Source of the DNA: the human T2T-CHM13v2.0 reference genome, Homo sapiens
Length of the DNA: 64,000 nt
Direction: 5' to 3' (one strand)
Assembly (NCBI RefSeq): GCF_009914755.1
Contig: NC_060925.1
The notes below the pieces were generated by a model. That model ran no database searches. It was given only the letters and a program-made list of their open reading frames with translations, and had not been told where the DNA came from. Below are positions 1-13,492 of this stretch, in pieces. Numbering within the stretch: position 1 is the first letter of the stretch; each line of letters begins with the position of its first letter. Position numbers and translations under genes: made by a program.

Positions 1-465
1 TCAATGACAGCAACACATTGACCAATGTGCTGAAGTTTATGGTGACTGATGGGGACAGTGTGGAAAACGGAACATACCTACATTCTGTTTTTCCCACTAG
101 AATTTGGGTTCTAGTACTTCAGATAAATTTATCTACTTTGCTTACTTTAATTTTCTAAGCAACTAGAGTAATATAATGTGGAATAGGCCATCAATAACTA
201 TTAGTTTGAATAAATGAATGAATAAATATCTTATATGAAGGAGGAAGTTACTAACAGTTCTAGTACATTACCGTAACATAACAATGCAAATTCTCTGTTG
301 CTAGATTTATTTTCACAGGAAGCTATAAATGTGAATATTTATATATAAATTGAAATCACGAGATAACCCTCTGTAGGCCAAAAATATCATGTTTATTTGT
401 TCAAATCAGGCCACTGACAGCCATTTCGTGATCTCTGAAAAATATTATTGGTTCTCAAAACTGGA

Positions 466-655
466 TAGCACAGTTTTCTAAACCCCTTTGGGAGCTTTAT
501 GATCATTTTTTAAAGTCTTGACTTTTCTTCAGACCTGTTAATTAGAACCTCTAGGAGTGGAACATGCTAATATATATTTTCATTAAGTTCCTCAGGTGAT
601 TTTCATATCACTAGTCTAGACTTCACCCATGGAATAACACTGGAAATTACTCTAT
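466..655. mobile_element. Decayed MER5A/B-like hAT-Charlie DNA transposon
   Basis: 'cagacctgttaattagaacctctagg...ttaagttcctcaggtgatt' resembles the MER5 core; heavily diverged. Confidence 0.4.
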
Positions 656-1274
656 TAGATAACTCCAACTGTTATGTTAGAATTTATGTTTTTGGATATA
701 AAACATAATAAAAAATCAGACTAAATTACAATAGATTTTTAGAACACCAACTGTTTAGACAAAGTATTTATTTATTCACCTAATATTTTATCTTTTCTCA
801 CTTCATTTTTTATCATACTAAATTTAGTCAGTCCATATGTTAGTAATTTGTATTTCTCATTTCAATAATCTGCCATTTACTTATGTATTTGAACACTTGT
901 TTATACAAACATTTGATCATTAAAGTTAACAAATGTCATCTAGTCAGGTGTTTCACTAGCATTCCTTTCATGATTGCATTGTCTATAATAGTTAAGTGTG
1001 GTGACTGAATTTATTAAATATTAATAATTTCTTTTTTATGTCCTTATTTTATCTACATAATTTTATGCACATGTACATGTGTGTTTTATTAGGTAGGTAA
1101 GAATGCCTACTTATTTTCCTCATTTAATTGGAAATAGTTACACTTTGATTAAATATTATCCACATTTCATGTTTTAACAAGTGTTATATTTTGGGCTTTT
1201 TCTGCTGCTGCCATGTTCTTATACTGTAAACCAATCGATTCAGCCCTAACTAACTAGATCTAAAGACTGCTTTA

Positions 1275-1985
1275 CATTCATTTATTTCTGCTTTCACTGG
1301 TAAATTTTATTTTGTACATACAATGTGTCAGGCACTGCTCTAGGTGCTAAATATATAGCAGTTAAGAAAAAAATTCTGCTCATTTGAAAATTAAAATTAA
1401 GTTGGCAGAGACTAGCAAGCAAATGTGTGCCTTTGTATGTATGCGTGTATGATGTTGGGGTTTAATTGATGCAGAGGAAAATAATGAAAGCAGGATTTCT
1501 TTCTCCTTGATTCTCAGATGGGGGAGAATGTAATTTTGTATGGGATGACATGACCAGGAAGGTAATGTTTGAGCAAAGACCTACAGGAGAAGCACAGTTT
1601 GTACAGATTACATGGGTTGGGGGAGGGCAGTACTCCAGAAAAAGGGAACAGCAAAAATACTAAGTCAGAAGCATGTGAAGGGGAATCAAAGAAAAACATT
1701 GAATGAAAATGAGTGAGCAAAGAATGACAGATAGTAGTAGAAACTTAGACTAGAAAAAAATAAAAGTATAGGTCTTGGAGGACTTCAGCTAATTTTAAAG
1801 ATTGTTTTTGCTCTAGTTAATATTAGACACTAGGTTGCAGGAAGTAAAGGTTAGAATTTTGAGATCAATAAAGAGGCTATTGTAATAACTCACAAGAGAA
1901 ATGATACAGGTTTGGACTAAAATGATAGTTTGGGATGTAGTTAGTCATGGTCAGATTCTGGCTATATCTTGAAGAAAGTTCATTT
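1275..1985 (-). mobile_element. L2 LINE 3' fragment
   Basis: 'cattcattt...tgtgtcaggcactgctctaggtgcta' is the reverse complement of the L2 3' end, followed by purine-rich L2-like sequence ending 'tggtcagattctggctatatcttgaag'. Confidence 0.6.
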
Positions 1986-1991
1986 GTTAAC

Positions 1992-4348
1992 TGTATTAAT
2001 TTGTTGTCACATTGCTATAAAGATACTACTTGAGATTGGTAATTTATAAACAAAAAAGGGTTTAATTGACTCAGTTCTGCGTGGCTGAAGAGGTCTTAGG
2101 GAACTTACAATCATGGCAAAAGGCAAAGGGGATGCAAGAACTTTCTTCACATAGTGGCAGGAAAGAGTGTGTGCAGGGGAAACTGCCTCTTTTAAGCCAT
2201 CAGATCTCATGAGAACACCCTCACTATCATGAGCACAGCATGGGGGAACAAACTTCATGATCCCAACATGTCCCACCAAGTCTATTCCTTGACACATGGG
2301 GATTACAATTCCAGATGAGATTTTGGTGAGGACACAGAGCCATACCATATCATTCTGCTCCTGGCCACTCCAACATCTCATGTCCTTTTCACATTTTAAA
2401 ATCAATCATGCCTTCCCAACAGTCCACCAAAGTCTTAACTTATTCTAGAATTAACTCAAAAGCCCAAGTACAAAGTCTCATCTGAGACAAGGCAAGTCCA
2501 TTCTGACTATGAACCTGTAAAAACAAATCAAGTTACTTACTTTCAACATAAAATGGGGTTACAGGCATTGGGTAAATGTTTCCATTCCAAATGGGAAAAT
2601 TTGGCCTAAACAAAGGGGCCACAGGCTCCATGAAAGTCAAAAACCAGGCTGGGCAGTCATTAAATCTTAAAGCTCCAAAGTATCCCTTGACTCTGTGTCT
2701 CACATCCAGGACATGCTGATGCAAGGAGTGGGCTCCTACAGCCTGGGAAGCTTCAGCCCTGTAGCTCTGCACAGTACAGTTCCTGTGGCTGTTTTCATGG
2801 GCAGGCATTGAGGGTCTGCATCTTCTTCAGGTGCGTGGTGCAAGCTGTCAGTGGATCTAACTTTCTGGGTCTGGAGGATGGTGTCCTCTTCTCACAGCTC
2901 CACTAGGCAGTGCCCTAGTAAAAACTCTGTGTGGGGGCTCCAATCCCACATTTTCTCTCTGGATTCCCCTAGTCGAGGTTCTCCATGAGGTCTCCACTCC
3001 TGCAGCTGACTTCTGCCTGGACTTTCAGGTATTTTCATACATTCTCTGAAATCTAGTCAGAGGCTCCCAAAGCTCAACTCTTGTATTCTGCACACCCACA
3101 GGCCCAACACCATGTGAAAGCCACCAAGGCTTCAGGCTTTCACCCTATAAAATCAATGGCCCAAGCTGTACCTTTTCCTTCTTTAGCAACAGCTGGAGCT
3201 GGAGTGGCTGGGGTGAAGGGTGCAATGTCACAAGACTGAACAGTTCAATGGGGCCCTGGGCCCAGCCCCAAAACCATTTTTTTCTCCTAGGCCTCTAGGC
3301 TGTGATGGTGGGGGTGGGTGCTGCTGTAAAGGTGCCTGACATGCCCTGGAGACATTTTCCCCATTGTCTTGGCTATTAACATTCGGTTACTCTTAACTTT
3401 TGCAAATTTCTGCAGCCAGCTTGAATTCCTCCCCAGAAAATTGGTTTTTCTTTTCTACCACATGGTCAGGCTGCAAATTTCCAAAGTTTTCTGCTGTACT
3501 TTCTTTTTATACATAATATCCAATTTCAGACCATCTCTTTGTTCACAATAATATGAGCATACATTTTTAGAAACAGCCAGGCTACATCTTTAATGTTTTG
3601 CTGCTTAGAAATTTCTTCCTCCAGATACCCTAAATCATCTCTCTCAAGTAAACAGTTACATAGATCTTTAGAGCATTGGCAAAATCCCATCAATCACTTT
3701 ACTAAAGCATAGCCAGAGTAGCTTTTTATCCAGTTCCCAATTAGTTTCTTGTCTCCATCTGAGACCACCTCAGTCTGGACTTCATTTTCCATATCACTAT
3801 CAGCATTATGGTCAAAACCATGCAACAAGTGTCTAGGAAGTTTCAAATACTTTCACATCTTCCTGTCTTCTTCTGAGCCATCCAAAATGTTCCAACCTCT
3901 ACCTGTTACCCAACTGCAAAGTCACTTCTACATTTTCAGGTTACTTTTATAGCAGTGCACCACTCTTGGTACCAATTTTTCCTGTATTACCCTGTTTTCA
4001 CACTGCTATAAAGATGTTACCCAATGCTGAGTAATTTATACACAGAAGAAGTTTAATTGACTCACAGTTTCCCACGACTGGAGAGGCCTCAGAAAACTTA
4101 CGATAATGGCAGCAGACAAAGGGGAAGCAAGGACATTCTTCACATAGTGGCAGGAAAGAGAGAGAACACAGTGGAAACTTCCATTTTTAAACCATCAGAT
4201 TTTGTGAGAACTCTCTCACTATCAGTAGAACAACATGGGAAATACCACCCACATGACCCCATCATCCTCCACCAGGTCCCTCCCTTGACACATGGGAATT
4301 ACAATTCCAGATGAGATTTTAGTGGGGACACAGAACAAAGCCATATTA
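1992..4348 (-). mobile_element. Full-length THE1 (THE1D-like) ERVL-MaLR provirus: 3' LTR 1992-2352, internal 2353-3982, 5' LTR 3983-4348
   Basis: Two ~360-bp direct repeats (tgtatt...ccatat[c/t]a) flank a ~1.6-kb THE1-internal region; the reverse complement reads 'aaattggtacc' right after the 5' LTR; possible TSD ttaac (1987-1991 / 4346-4350). Confidence 0.9.
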
Positions 4349-5913
4349 ACTGACTGATATTGATAATTATATTTTTTGAAAGAAATCTGCTAAATTTCTA
4401 AATAAATTAGATTTCTATTTAGGGAAATATAAGCAAAATTTAATTTATAGTTTTCTGTAGTCATCTCTGGGTTATATATTCATATGCAGATAAAAATTGA
4501 GGTAAATAGACCAGAATTGTAGTGTTATTAAATTCTTAGGATCAACATAAAAATATGTCAATTAAAACAACATATATTAGTTGCTACAGTATGTATTAAG
4601 GCATTAATAGTTTCAAAACTGAAGTATCATGACAAAATATTTAAATTTTAATTTAAAAACACAGTTAAATCTTATTTTAAAGGTTTTAAACTTTCATGAT
4701 CATCTTCCTGTAAGGTATTTGGATACTTTGTTTATTATGAGTATATTCCTAATCCACAAAATTTGAACAGATTAACATTTACTTAAATACATTTACTTAA
4801 ATACATTTTTCTCACTATGGATAAAAAAAAATTTAAGGATACTGCTAAGTAGACTATAACCATTGTTATGCAGAAGACTTATTGTAGAGGCAAAACAATA
4901 GGTAGACAAAACTGTTGCTTCTAAAATATCTTTCATGTCATCAATAGCAAGTTCACATCTACCCTTAAGAATGTCACTATTTATACAAGAGATAAGTTGT
5001 AAAAATAATGAATACATTTGTAATATTTACCGGATTTCATGAAGGACCTACCTTTTTGACTATGAAATAATATTTATACCAACACAATTAGAGCAAATAA
5101 GTGACCAGTATATTAAATACTTGAATGTTAGAGTGAAAATGACACCCAGTATCAAGTATTTAAATCAAATATTGATTTGAAATTTTAGTCAGTAATTTTT
5201 ACAAAATTCAATTAGATTTGGTAAAAGAATAATCAATTCACACTTTGTATAATATCAGGAATTTTCCAATAATAAATTATGTAATATCAAATTATTACCC
5301 TTGTGTTTATTTAAATATTGAAATTGATCACTGTGTTGATCAATATGTTGACTACATTGTGATCAATTTGTGCATATTTTATCACTGCACTGAATCTGAT
5401 TCAACTATAGATGGCTGTAAATGTGAAACAATTATCATCTTAATTATTACTTACAGAACTCCTTTTTCATATAATCAGGACACAATTCAAGCATAGAAAT
5501 ATAAATAATGAAAAAACAATTTAATTTTTGTTCTATTTGTGTTTAACATGTATCAGAAATTATAGATACTTAGCCAATAATTACAAAAATAATAATAGAA
5601 TTGCAATTGTGATGGGTGCAAGAATGTAAAAATCCAGTGGCCTGAATACCTTATTTTGAGCATGGATGTTGAATAGCTTATGAGTTCTGAGGTTAAAGAA
5701 GATTTACATAAGAAAGTGTCAGATATAAAATCAGATATAAAAGCTGATTTACCCAGGTAAAAGAGAGAAGAGTGTAGCAGGAATATGGCAAAGCACAGTA
5801 ACAAAGTTAGTTTAGTAATGGGTCTTGAGATAAGGATATGAACAATCTTGATTTTCATTATGAGGGTAAAGAAATCTCTCTATTAGATTTCAAGTCAGGA
5901 GATGAAAAAATCT

Positions 5914-7150
5914 GCTATTCAGTAAATGGTGCTGGGAAAACTGGCTAGGCATATGCAGAAAACTGAAATTGGAGGCCTTCATTACACCTTGTACAAAAAT
6001 TAACTCAAGATGGATTAAAGACTTAAATGTAAAACCCAGAACCATAAAAATGCTAGAAGAAAACGTAGGCAATACCATTCAGGACATAGGCATGGGCAAG
6101 TATTTCATGACTAAAATGCCAAAAGCAATTGCAATAAAAGCCAAAATTGACAAATGGCATCTAATTAAACTAAAGGGCTTCTGCATAGCAAAAGAAACTA
6201 TCATTAGCGTGAACAGGTACCCAATAGAATCAGAGAAAATTTTATAATCTACCCATCTAACAAAGGTCTAATATCCAGAATCTACAAGGAACTTACACAA
6301 GTTTACAATAAAAAAAAAACCTCATCAAAAAGTGAGTGAAGGATATGAACAGCCACTTCTCAAAAAAAGACATTTATGTGGCCAACAAACCTACGAACAC
6401 AAGCTCATTATTAATGGTCAATAGAGAAATGCAAATCAAAACCACAATGAGATACCTGTTAGAATGGCGATTATTAAAAAGTCAGGAAACAACAGATGAT
6501 GGAGAGGATGTAGAGAAACAGGAAGACTTTTACACTGTTGATGGGAGTGTAAATTACTTCAACCATCGTGGAAGATAATGTGGTGATTCTTCAAGGATCT
6601 AGAACCAGAAATACCATTTGACCCAGGAATCCCATTACTGGGTATATACCCAAAGGATTATAAATCATTCTGTTATAAAGACACATGCACACATATGTTT
6701 AATGCAGCACTATTTACAATAGCAAAGACTTGGAACCAACCCAAATGCCCATCAATGATAGACTGGATAAAGAAAATGTTGCACATATACACCATGGAAT
6801 ACTATGCAGTCATAAAAAAGAATGAGGACATGGGTGAAGCTGGAAATCATAATTCTCAGCAAACTAACACAGGAACAGAAAACCAAACACTGAATGTTCT
6901 CACTCATAAGTGGGATCTGAACAATGAGAACACGTGGACACAGGGAGAGGAACATCACACACTGAGGCCTGTTTGTGGGGGGTGGCAAGGGGAGGGAGAG
7001 CATTTGAACAAATGCCTAATAAATGTGGGGCTTAAAACCTAGATGACAGGTTGATAGGTGCAGCAAACCACCATGGCCCATGTATACCTATGTAACAAAC
7101 CTGCACGTTCTGCACATGTATCTCAGAACTTAAAGTAAAATTAAAAAAAA
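5914..7150 (+). mobile_element. 5'-truncated L1PA (L1PA8A/PA10-like): ORF2 C-terminus remnant, 3' UTR and poly(A)
   Basis: ORF fragments '[15 protein letters not shown]' and '[17 protein letters not shown]'; 3' UTR 'cttaaaacctagatgacaggttgatagg...cttaaagtaaaattaaaaaaaaa'. Confidence 0.9.
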
Positions 7151-9542
7151 ATTACTCAGAAGGCAAAAGTGACTGTGATTCAGACACCTGTGAAGAAATT
7201 AACTATTGAAAAAAGGTGATTCTTCTCATTAAAACGGAAGTATAAAAATGGGAAGAGGATGTTTGTATGCACTTCTTCTAGCCATTTCGGTACATTTTCA
7301 ATTAGTGATATTACTTTTTTGTTTTGGATGCTGCTTTTTTCCCTGTGTTTTTGAAAAAGCCCAAAGTAACTCTATCGTAAGAATATTTCAAGTTGATAAT
7401 TTCAGTTGAGAAGGTAAATGGACAATCTTTCTTATGTCATATTGTAGATAGTTTCATACACTCCTGATACTAAATTTATGCAAAACTGTCTAATTAAAAA
7501 ATACATAGATATGTCTTCATTTTCCTATATGTTGATGTCAAAATGTTGGAGTGTATTAAGAAGTTAAAGACAGACAATCTTTTCTCAATAAATTTGAAAA
7601 TTCTACCAACAGTTTTCACTGCTTCTCAAAAACTTTAAAAGTAAGTTTTCTAAGCTGAATTTCTGAGCTAAGAAATACAGGTCTCATAATTTTTACAGGT
7701 ATATATATTTGTAATTTCTGATGCCTTTCTCATGCCTTAACATGCTCAAAAGATCATTTTGTGAGAGATAGTCAACCTGATAAGCAGCAACAATGTCCTA
7801 AATCTCCACTACAGAATAAGCCATTCAAAAATTAAAAAATAACATTTACATTTTAAAGTTTCCTTTGTTGGGAGGCAGAGCAAGATGGCAGAATAGAAAG
7901 CTCCACCCAGTGTTTCCCATGCAAGGACACAAAGTGAACAACTATCTACAGAAAAAATAAAACAGCTTCATAAGAATCAAAAATTAGGTGAGCACTCATA
8001 ATAGGTGATTGTAACTGAAAGAGGCACTGAAAAAATTGTTAAAAAACAGTCTTGAATCACTGATGCATCCCCCTCCCATCCCGCAGCAGCAGTAGCAGCA
8101 CAGTGCAGAGAGTCTATCTGGACTCTAGGGGAGGGAGAACACAGCAACCGTGAGACATTGAACTAACTGCTGTCCTATTAGAGCCCATAGAGGGAGCATT
8201 AAAAACCATCCTTAGCCAGAGGGGAATCACCAGTGCCAGCGGTCCAAACTTGAGTGCCTCCAAACCTTGCCACCAAGGGATACAGCAGTTTGAGTCTCCA
8301 AGCAAACTTGAAAGGCAATCTAGGCATAAGACCTGCAACTCTTAGACAAGTTCTAGAGACAGTGCACTGGGGGTGGGGACATGAAATATTGAGACACCAC
8401 CTGGGCAGCAAAGGGGGTGCTGGTACCACCCTCCTCTAACCTCAGGCTGCACCACTCATGGCTCTCAAAGAGACCCCTATCTTCCACTTGAGAAGAGGAC
8501 AAGGAAGAGCGGGAAGGAATTTTTCTTGCATCTAGGATACCAGCTCAGCCACAGCAGGATAGGGCACCGATCAGAGACATGAGGCCCCTGTTCCAGGGTC
8601 TATCTGCCAGATGAAATTTGTAGACACACCTGGGCCAAAAGGAAACCCACTGCCTTAAAGGAAAGGACCCAGTCCTGGCAGCATCTATCATTTGGTAACT
8701 GAAGAGCCCCTGGACCCTGAATAATGACAACAATACCCAGGTACTACATTGAGGGCATTGGATGAGCCTCTGAGATTTTCTGGCTTCAGGTTAGACTTGG
8801 CACATTACCAGCCTCAATGGCAATGGGGCAAAACTCCTTCTGCTTGAGAGAAGCAGAGAAAAATGTAAAGGAATCTTTGTCTTGCATCTTAGGTACCATC
8901 AGAGCCACAGGGTGTAGAGCACCAAGCAGGCTCTTGGGATCCACAATTCTACGACATGACTCTTAGACAGCATTTCTTAGCATGCCCTGGGGCATAGGGG
9001 ATCCCACTGCCCTGAAGGGTGAGTCCTGGGGCAAGCAGCATTCAGGACAAGCTCACTTAAGAGACTTAGAGCCTTAAGCAAACATTGGTGGTAGTCTGGA
9101 AATACTTTCTATGACCTGTGGTGGTGATGGCTGTTGGGTGAGTCTCCTCTGCCTTTGGAAAGGGGAGAGAAGAGCGGAAAAGACAGAGTCTGATGCCTAC
9201 AATCAGCAGGCATCAGAGCCAACTCAGTCCCAATACACAGAATATCAGGTAGACTTCTAAGGTTTTTGACTCTAGTCCCTGACTTCCAGAGGGCACTTCT
9301 GGGCCCACTGAGGACATTTGAGACCTTGCTGTTCTGAAAGCAAGGTCACAGGCCTGGCTGGCTCTAATGCCTGCTGATTGTAGAGTCCCATAGCCTTCAG
9401 CAAACATAGACAGTTGCCAGAGAGCAGTTATAAAAGGCCTTGTGGAAGTCCCAGTGCTGTGCTGGCTTCAAGTCTGACCTAGCTCAGTCACAGTAGTGGT
9501 AGCCACAGGGGTGCTATTGTCACTCCACTACCAGATTTAGGT

Positions 9543-9545
<3 letters not shown>

Positions 9546-9590
<45 letters not shown>
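9546..9590. repeat. (GA)n microsatellite in the L1 5' UTR
   Basis: Uninterrupted AG run of ~22 units. Confidence 0.95.
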
Positions 9591-9592
<2 letters not shown>

Positions 9593-9619
9593 CTGTATGT
9601 TTGGAAGGATGTAAGGGAG

Positions 9620-9705
9620 GAGAACAAGAATCTCTACCCAATAATCCAGATAATTATCTGAGAGAACAAGAATCTCTACCCAATAATCCAGATAATTATC
9701 TGAGA
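9620..9705. repeat. Perfect 42-bp tandem duplication
   Basis: gagaacaagaatctctacccaataatccagataattatctga occurs twice (9620-9661, 9662-9703). Confidence 0.95.
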
Positions 9706-11822
9706 TCTGGTCCAAGACCATCAAGGTGGTACTTCTACAAGTCTACAGAAATCACAGCATTACTGCACTTCAGGTGCTCATTAAAGCAGATGCAGCTTAG
9801 ATCACCACACCTATGTCCTTTCAAATAGTTGAAAAGCCTTCCCAATGAGAATGAGTAGAAATAAGCTCAGACAGTGAAGACTACAATAAATATCAAACTC
9901 ATTAATGTCCAGACACCAAAGAATATCTACCAGCATCAACATCATCCAGGAAAAGATGACCTCACCAAATGAACTAAATAAGCCACCAGGATGCAATCCT
10001 AGAGAAACAGAGATATTCAAAATAGCTATTCAAACAGAGAAGAGAATTCAAAATAGCTATGTTGAGGGAATCCACCCAAAATCAAAATAACACAGAGATG
10101 AACTTCAGGATTGTATCATAAATTTAACATAGAGATTAAAATAATGAAAAAATCAGGAAGAAATTCTAGAGCTGAAAAATGCATCAGAGTTCTTTAATGG
10201 CAGAATTGATCAAGCAGAATAAAGGATTAGTGAGCTTAAAGACAGGCTATTTGAAAATACAGCCAGAAGGGGGGAAAAAAAAAACAAAGAATAAGAAACA
10301 GGCATGTATACAGAATCTAGAAAATAGCCTCAATGGGGCAAATCTAAGAGTTATTGGCTTTAAAGAGGGAGCAGAGAAAGAAGTAGAGGTAGAAAGTGTA
10401 TTCAAAGAGATAACAACAGAGAACTTCCAAACCTAAAAAAAGATATTATCCAAGTACAAAAAGGTTATGGAATAAGAAGCAGATTTAACACAAAGAAGAC
10501 TAGATATTTAACAATCAAACTCCTAACAGGTAAGGATTTAAAAAAAAAAGACTCTAAAAGCAGTAAGAGAAAAGAAACAAATACTATACAATGGAGCTCC
10601 AATATGTCTGGCAGTAGAGTGTTCAGTGGAAATCTTACAGGTCAGGTCAGAGTGGCATGACATGTTTAAAAAAAAAGAAAAAAATAGCATAGAATATTAT
10701 ATCTGGCAAAAAAAAATGCTTCAAGCAAGAACAAGAAACAAAGATAGTCCCAAACAAAAAAATGAGGGATTTTATCACTATCAGACCTGTCCTACAGGAA
10801 ATGCTAAAGATAGTACTTTGATGAGAAAGAAAAGGATATTAATGAGCAATAAATAATCACTCAAAGGGTACAAAATTCTCTGGTAATAGTATGTACACAA
10901 AAAAACAGAATATTATAACACTGAAACTGTGTTGTGCAAATTATTCTTATCTTAAGTAGAAAGACTAAAGGATAAAACAATCAAAATAACTACAACAAGT
11001 TTCCAAGACATAGTTGGTATTAAAAGATATAAAGAGAAACAACAAAAAGTTATACAGTGGGGTGGCAAAGTTAAGGTATAGAGTTTTCATTAGTTTTCTT
11101 TTTGCTTGTTTGCCAGTCTATTTATGTAAATAAACTTGTGTTTGTTATTAGGTAAAAATAATAGATTATAAAATAGTATTTGCAATCCTCATGGTAACCT
11201 CAAACCAAAAATATACAATAGATACACGTAAAATAAGCAATAACTTAATCATATCACCCAGAGAAAATCACCTTCACCAAAGGAAGACTAGAAAGAGAGA
11301 AGAGATTGTAAAACAACCAGAAATGCCATAAAAAAAAGGCAAAAGTAAACCTTTACTTACTGATAATAACGTTGAATTAAATTCTCCAATAGAAAGACAT
11401 TGGCTTGCTGAATTATTAAAAAAGACCTCTGGATCTGTTGCCTACAAGAAACACTCTTAACCTATAAAGCCATACATAGACTATAAATAAAGAGATGGAA
11501 ATAGATATTGCATGCCAACCAAAACCAAAAAGAAAAGGAGTCACTATCTTTATATCTGATGAGATAGATTTCAAGACAAAAACTATAAGACAAAAAGAAA
11601 GTCATTATATAATGATAGAGGGAGTCTTTTCTGCAAGAGGATAAAACAGTTTTAAATATTTATGCAGCCAGCATTGGTACACTGAGATATATAAAGCAAA
11701 TATTATTAGAGCAAAGAGAAAGATAGGCCCCAACACAATAATAGCTGCAGATTTCAACATCCCACTTTCAGCATTGGACAGATCTTCCAGACAAAAAATC
11801 AACAAAGAAACATCAAACTTCA

Positions 11823-12718
11823 CCTCTAGGGGTCTGCCTGGCTTTAGTCTAGTTATGGGTCTAGAAGCAAAAAGGAGCCTTGGGGCTCCTGATGAGAATC
11901 AACATTATCTTGCCTGGCAACTACCCTAGAGGAGGCCATCACTCTTGCCTCAGGCAGTGCAGGGTTTTTCTCCTCAGACAAAGGTAGAAAGCCTAATGGC
12001 AGCATGGGTCAGGGAGAGGATGTTGCCACTACTGGGGATGGGGAAGCAGTTTCTTCTGGCAAAAAAGTTTCATCAGAGTTCACAAGCTCATTTTCTCCAG
12101 CTTCATCAAGGTCCTCCCACACATCTCTATTCCAAGTTGCAGGGTCTCATTCTTTTCCAATCAGTGCCCTCACATTAACAGTAGACACCTGGCAAGACTG
12201 TGCATGCACCTTTTGTTGAAGTTCAGCCACTCACATAAGAGCTTGTGCCAGTTTTTCCACAATTTTAGCTCTTTCTCTACAGGAGATAAGACTCTCACTC
12301 AGGGCAATATTAGCAGATTTGAGGCCCACTGTCTGCTCTTGAAGCCAGGTGTTAGAATCTCTGAGTTCATCATTTTCTTTCATCACTTTGTCCAGTGAAC
12401 TTAGAAGCAAATACCCAACTTCGTTGTGTTCCTTGGTCTCCACATATGGTCAAAGGTATTATGTGTAGACTCACTAAACTCCTTGGCTCTCATAAGCAGT
12501 AAATCAGGAGTGTCAAATGCATTTATTTTACATAACTCTCAAAACAGTTCACATCAAGAACTATCAATGTTCTTCATACTATTAGAAGTAGAGTCCTTAG
12601 CATTTTGAGGTCTAGTCATATTAAGCAGCCAACTTCAGAAGCCCCAAGACCAATGAAAGAACTCCATCTTTAATATTCTGCTTCTCTAGAACCACTCCTG
12701 GTAATGGTACCAAAAATC
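11823..12718 (-). mobile_element. HERV-L internal fragment (primer-binding-site region and gag 5' part)
   Basis: Minus-strand ORF 'TKEHNEVGYLLLSSLDKVMKENDELRDSN...ALSESLISCRERA' resembles the HERV-L Gag N-terminus; reverse complement 'gatttttggtacc...aggagtggttctagag' adjoins the LTR. Confidence 0.85.
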
Positions 12719-12765
12719 CGTATTAGTCAGGTAGTCAGGATTATCTAGAGGGACAGAACTAATTT

Positions 12766-12833
<68 letters not shown>

Positions 12834-13251
12834 TTGAGAGAGAGAGAAAGAGAGAGAGAGTTATTAAGTAGTATTAACTTCCACGATCACAAGATTCAAT
12901 AATAGGCTGTCTGCAAGCTGAGGAGCAAGAAAGCCAAAGCCAATCCAAGTCCCAAAGCTGAAGAACTTGGAGTTCTATGTTCAAGGGTAGGAAACATCCA
13001 GCACAGGAAAAATATGTAGGCTGGTGGGGGGCTAAACCAGTCTAGCCTTCTCACATTTTTCTACCTGCTTTATATTCTGGTCATGCTGGCAGCTGATTAG
13101 ATGGTGCCCACCCAGATTAAGGGTGGGTCTGTCTTTCCCAGGCCAATGACTCAAATGTTAATTTCCTTTGGCAACACCCTCACAGACACACCCAGGATCA
13201 ACAGTTTGCATCCTTCAATCCAATCAGGTTGACACTCCGTATACAATCACA
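12719..13251 (-). mobile_element. MLT2A (A1/A2) LTR, the 5' LTR of the HERV-L; contains a (TA)n(GA)n tract at ~12766-12860
   Basis: Reverse complement begins 'tgtgattgtatacggagtgtcaacctgattggattgaaggatgcaaac...cctgggtgtgtctgtgagggtgttgccaaagg'. Confidence 0.88.
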
Positions 13252-13492
13252 ATATCAATCCTATTTAAACTATTAAAAATATATGCAGGAGTATGAAATA
13301 CTTTCAAACTCATTTTACTAGGACAGTATTACCCAGATACCAAAACTGGACAAAGACACTTCAAAAAAAAGACTACACACTAATTTATCTGATGAATATT
13401 GATGCAAAAATACTCAACAAAATAGCTAGCAAACCGAATTCAACAATACATTAGAAAGATCATTCATCATGACCAAGTGGAATTTATGCTGG

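Noticed and set aside
9541-9828. ORF with ER repeats and a duplicated peptide; 42-bp repeat as a CRISPR-like array
   Set aside because: It is a translation of a (GA)n tract and a two-copy tandem duplication with no spacers, in eukaryotic DNA.
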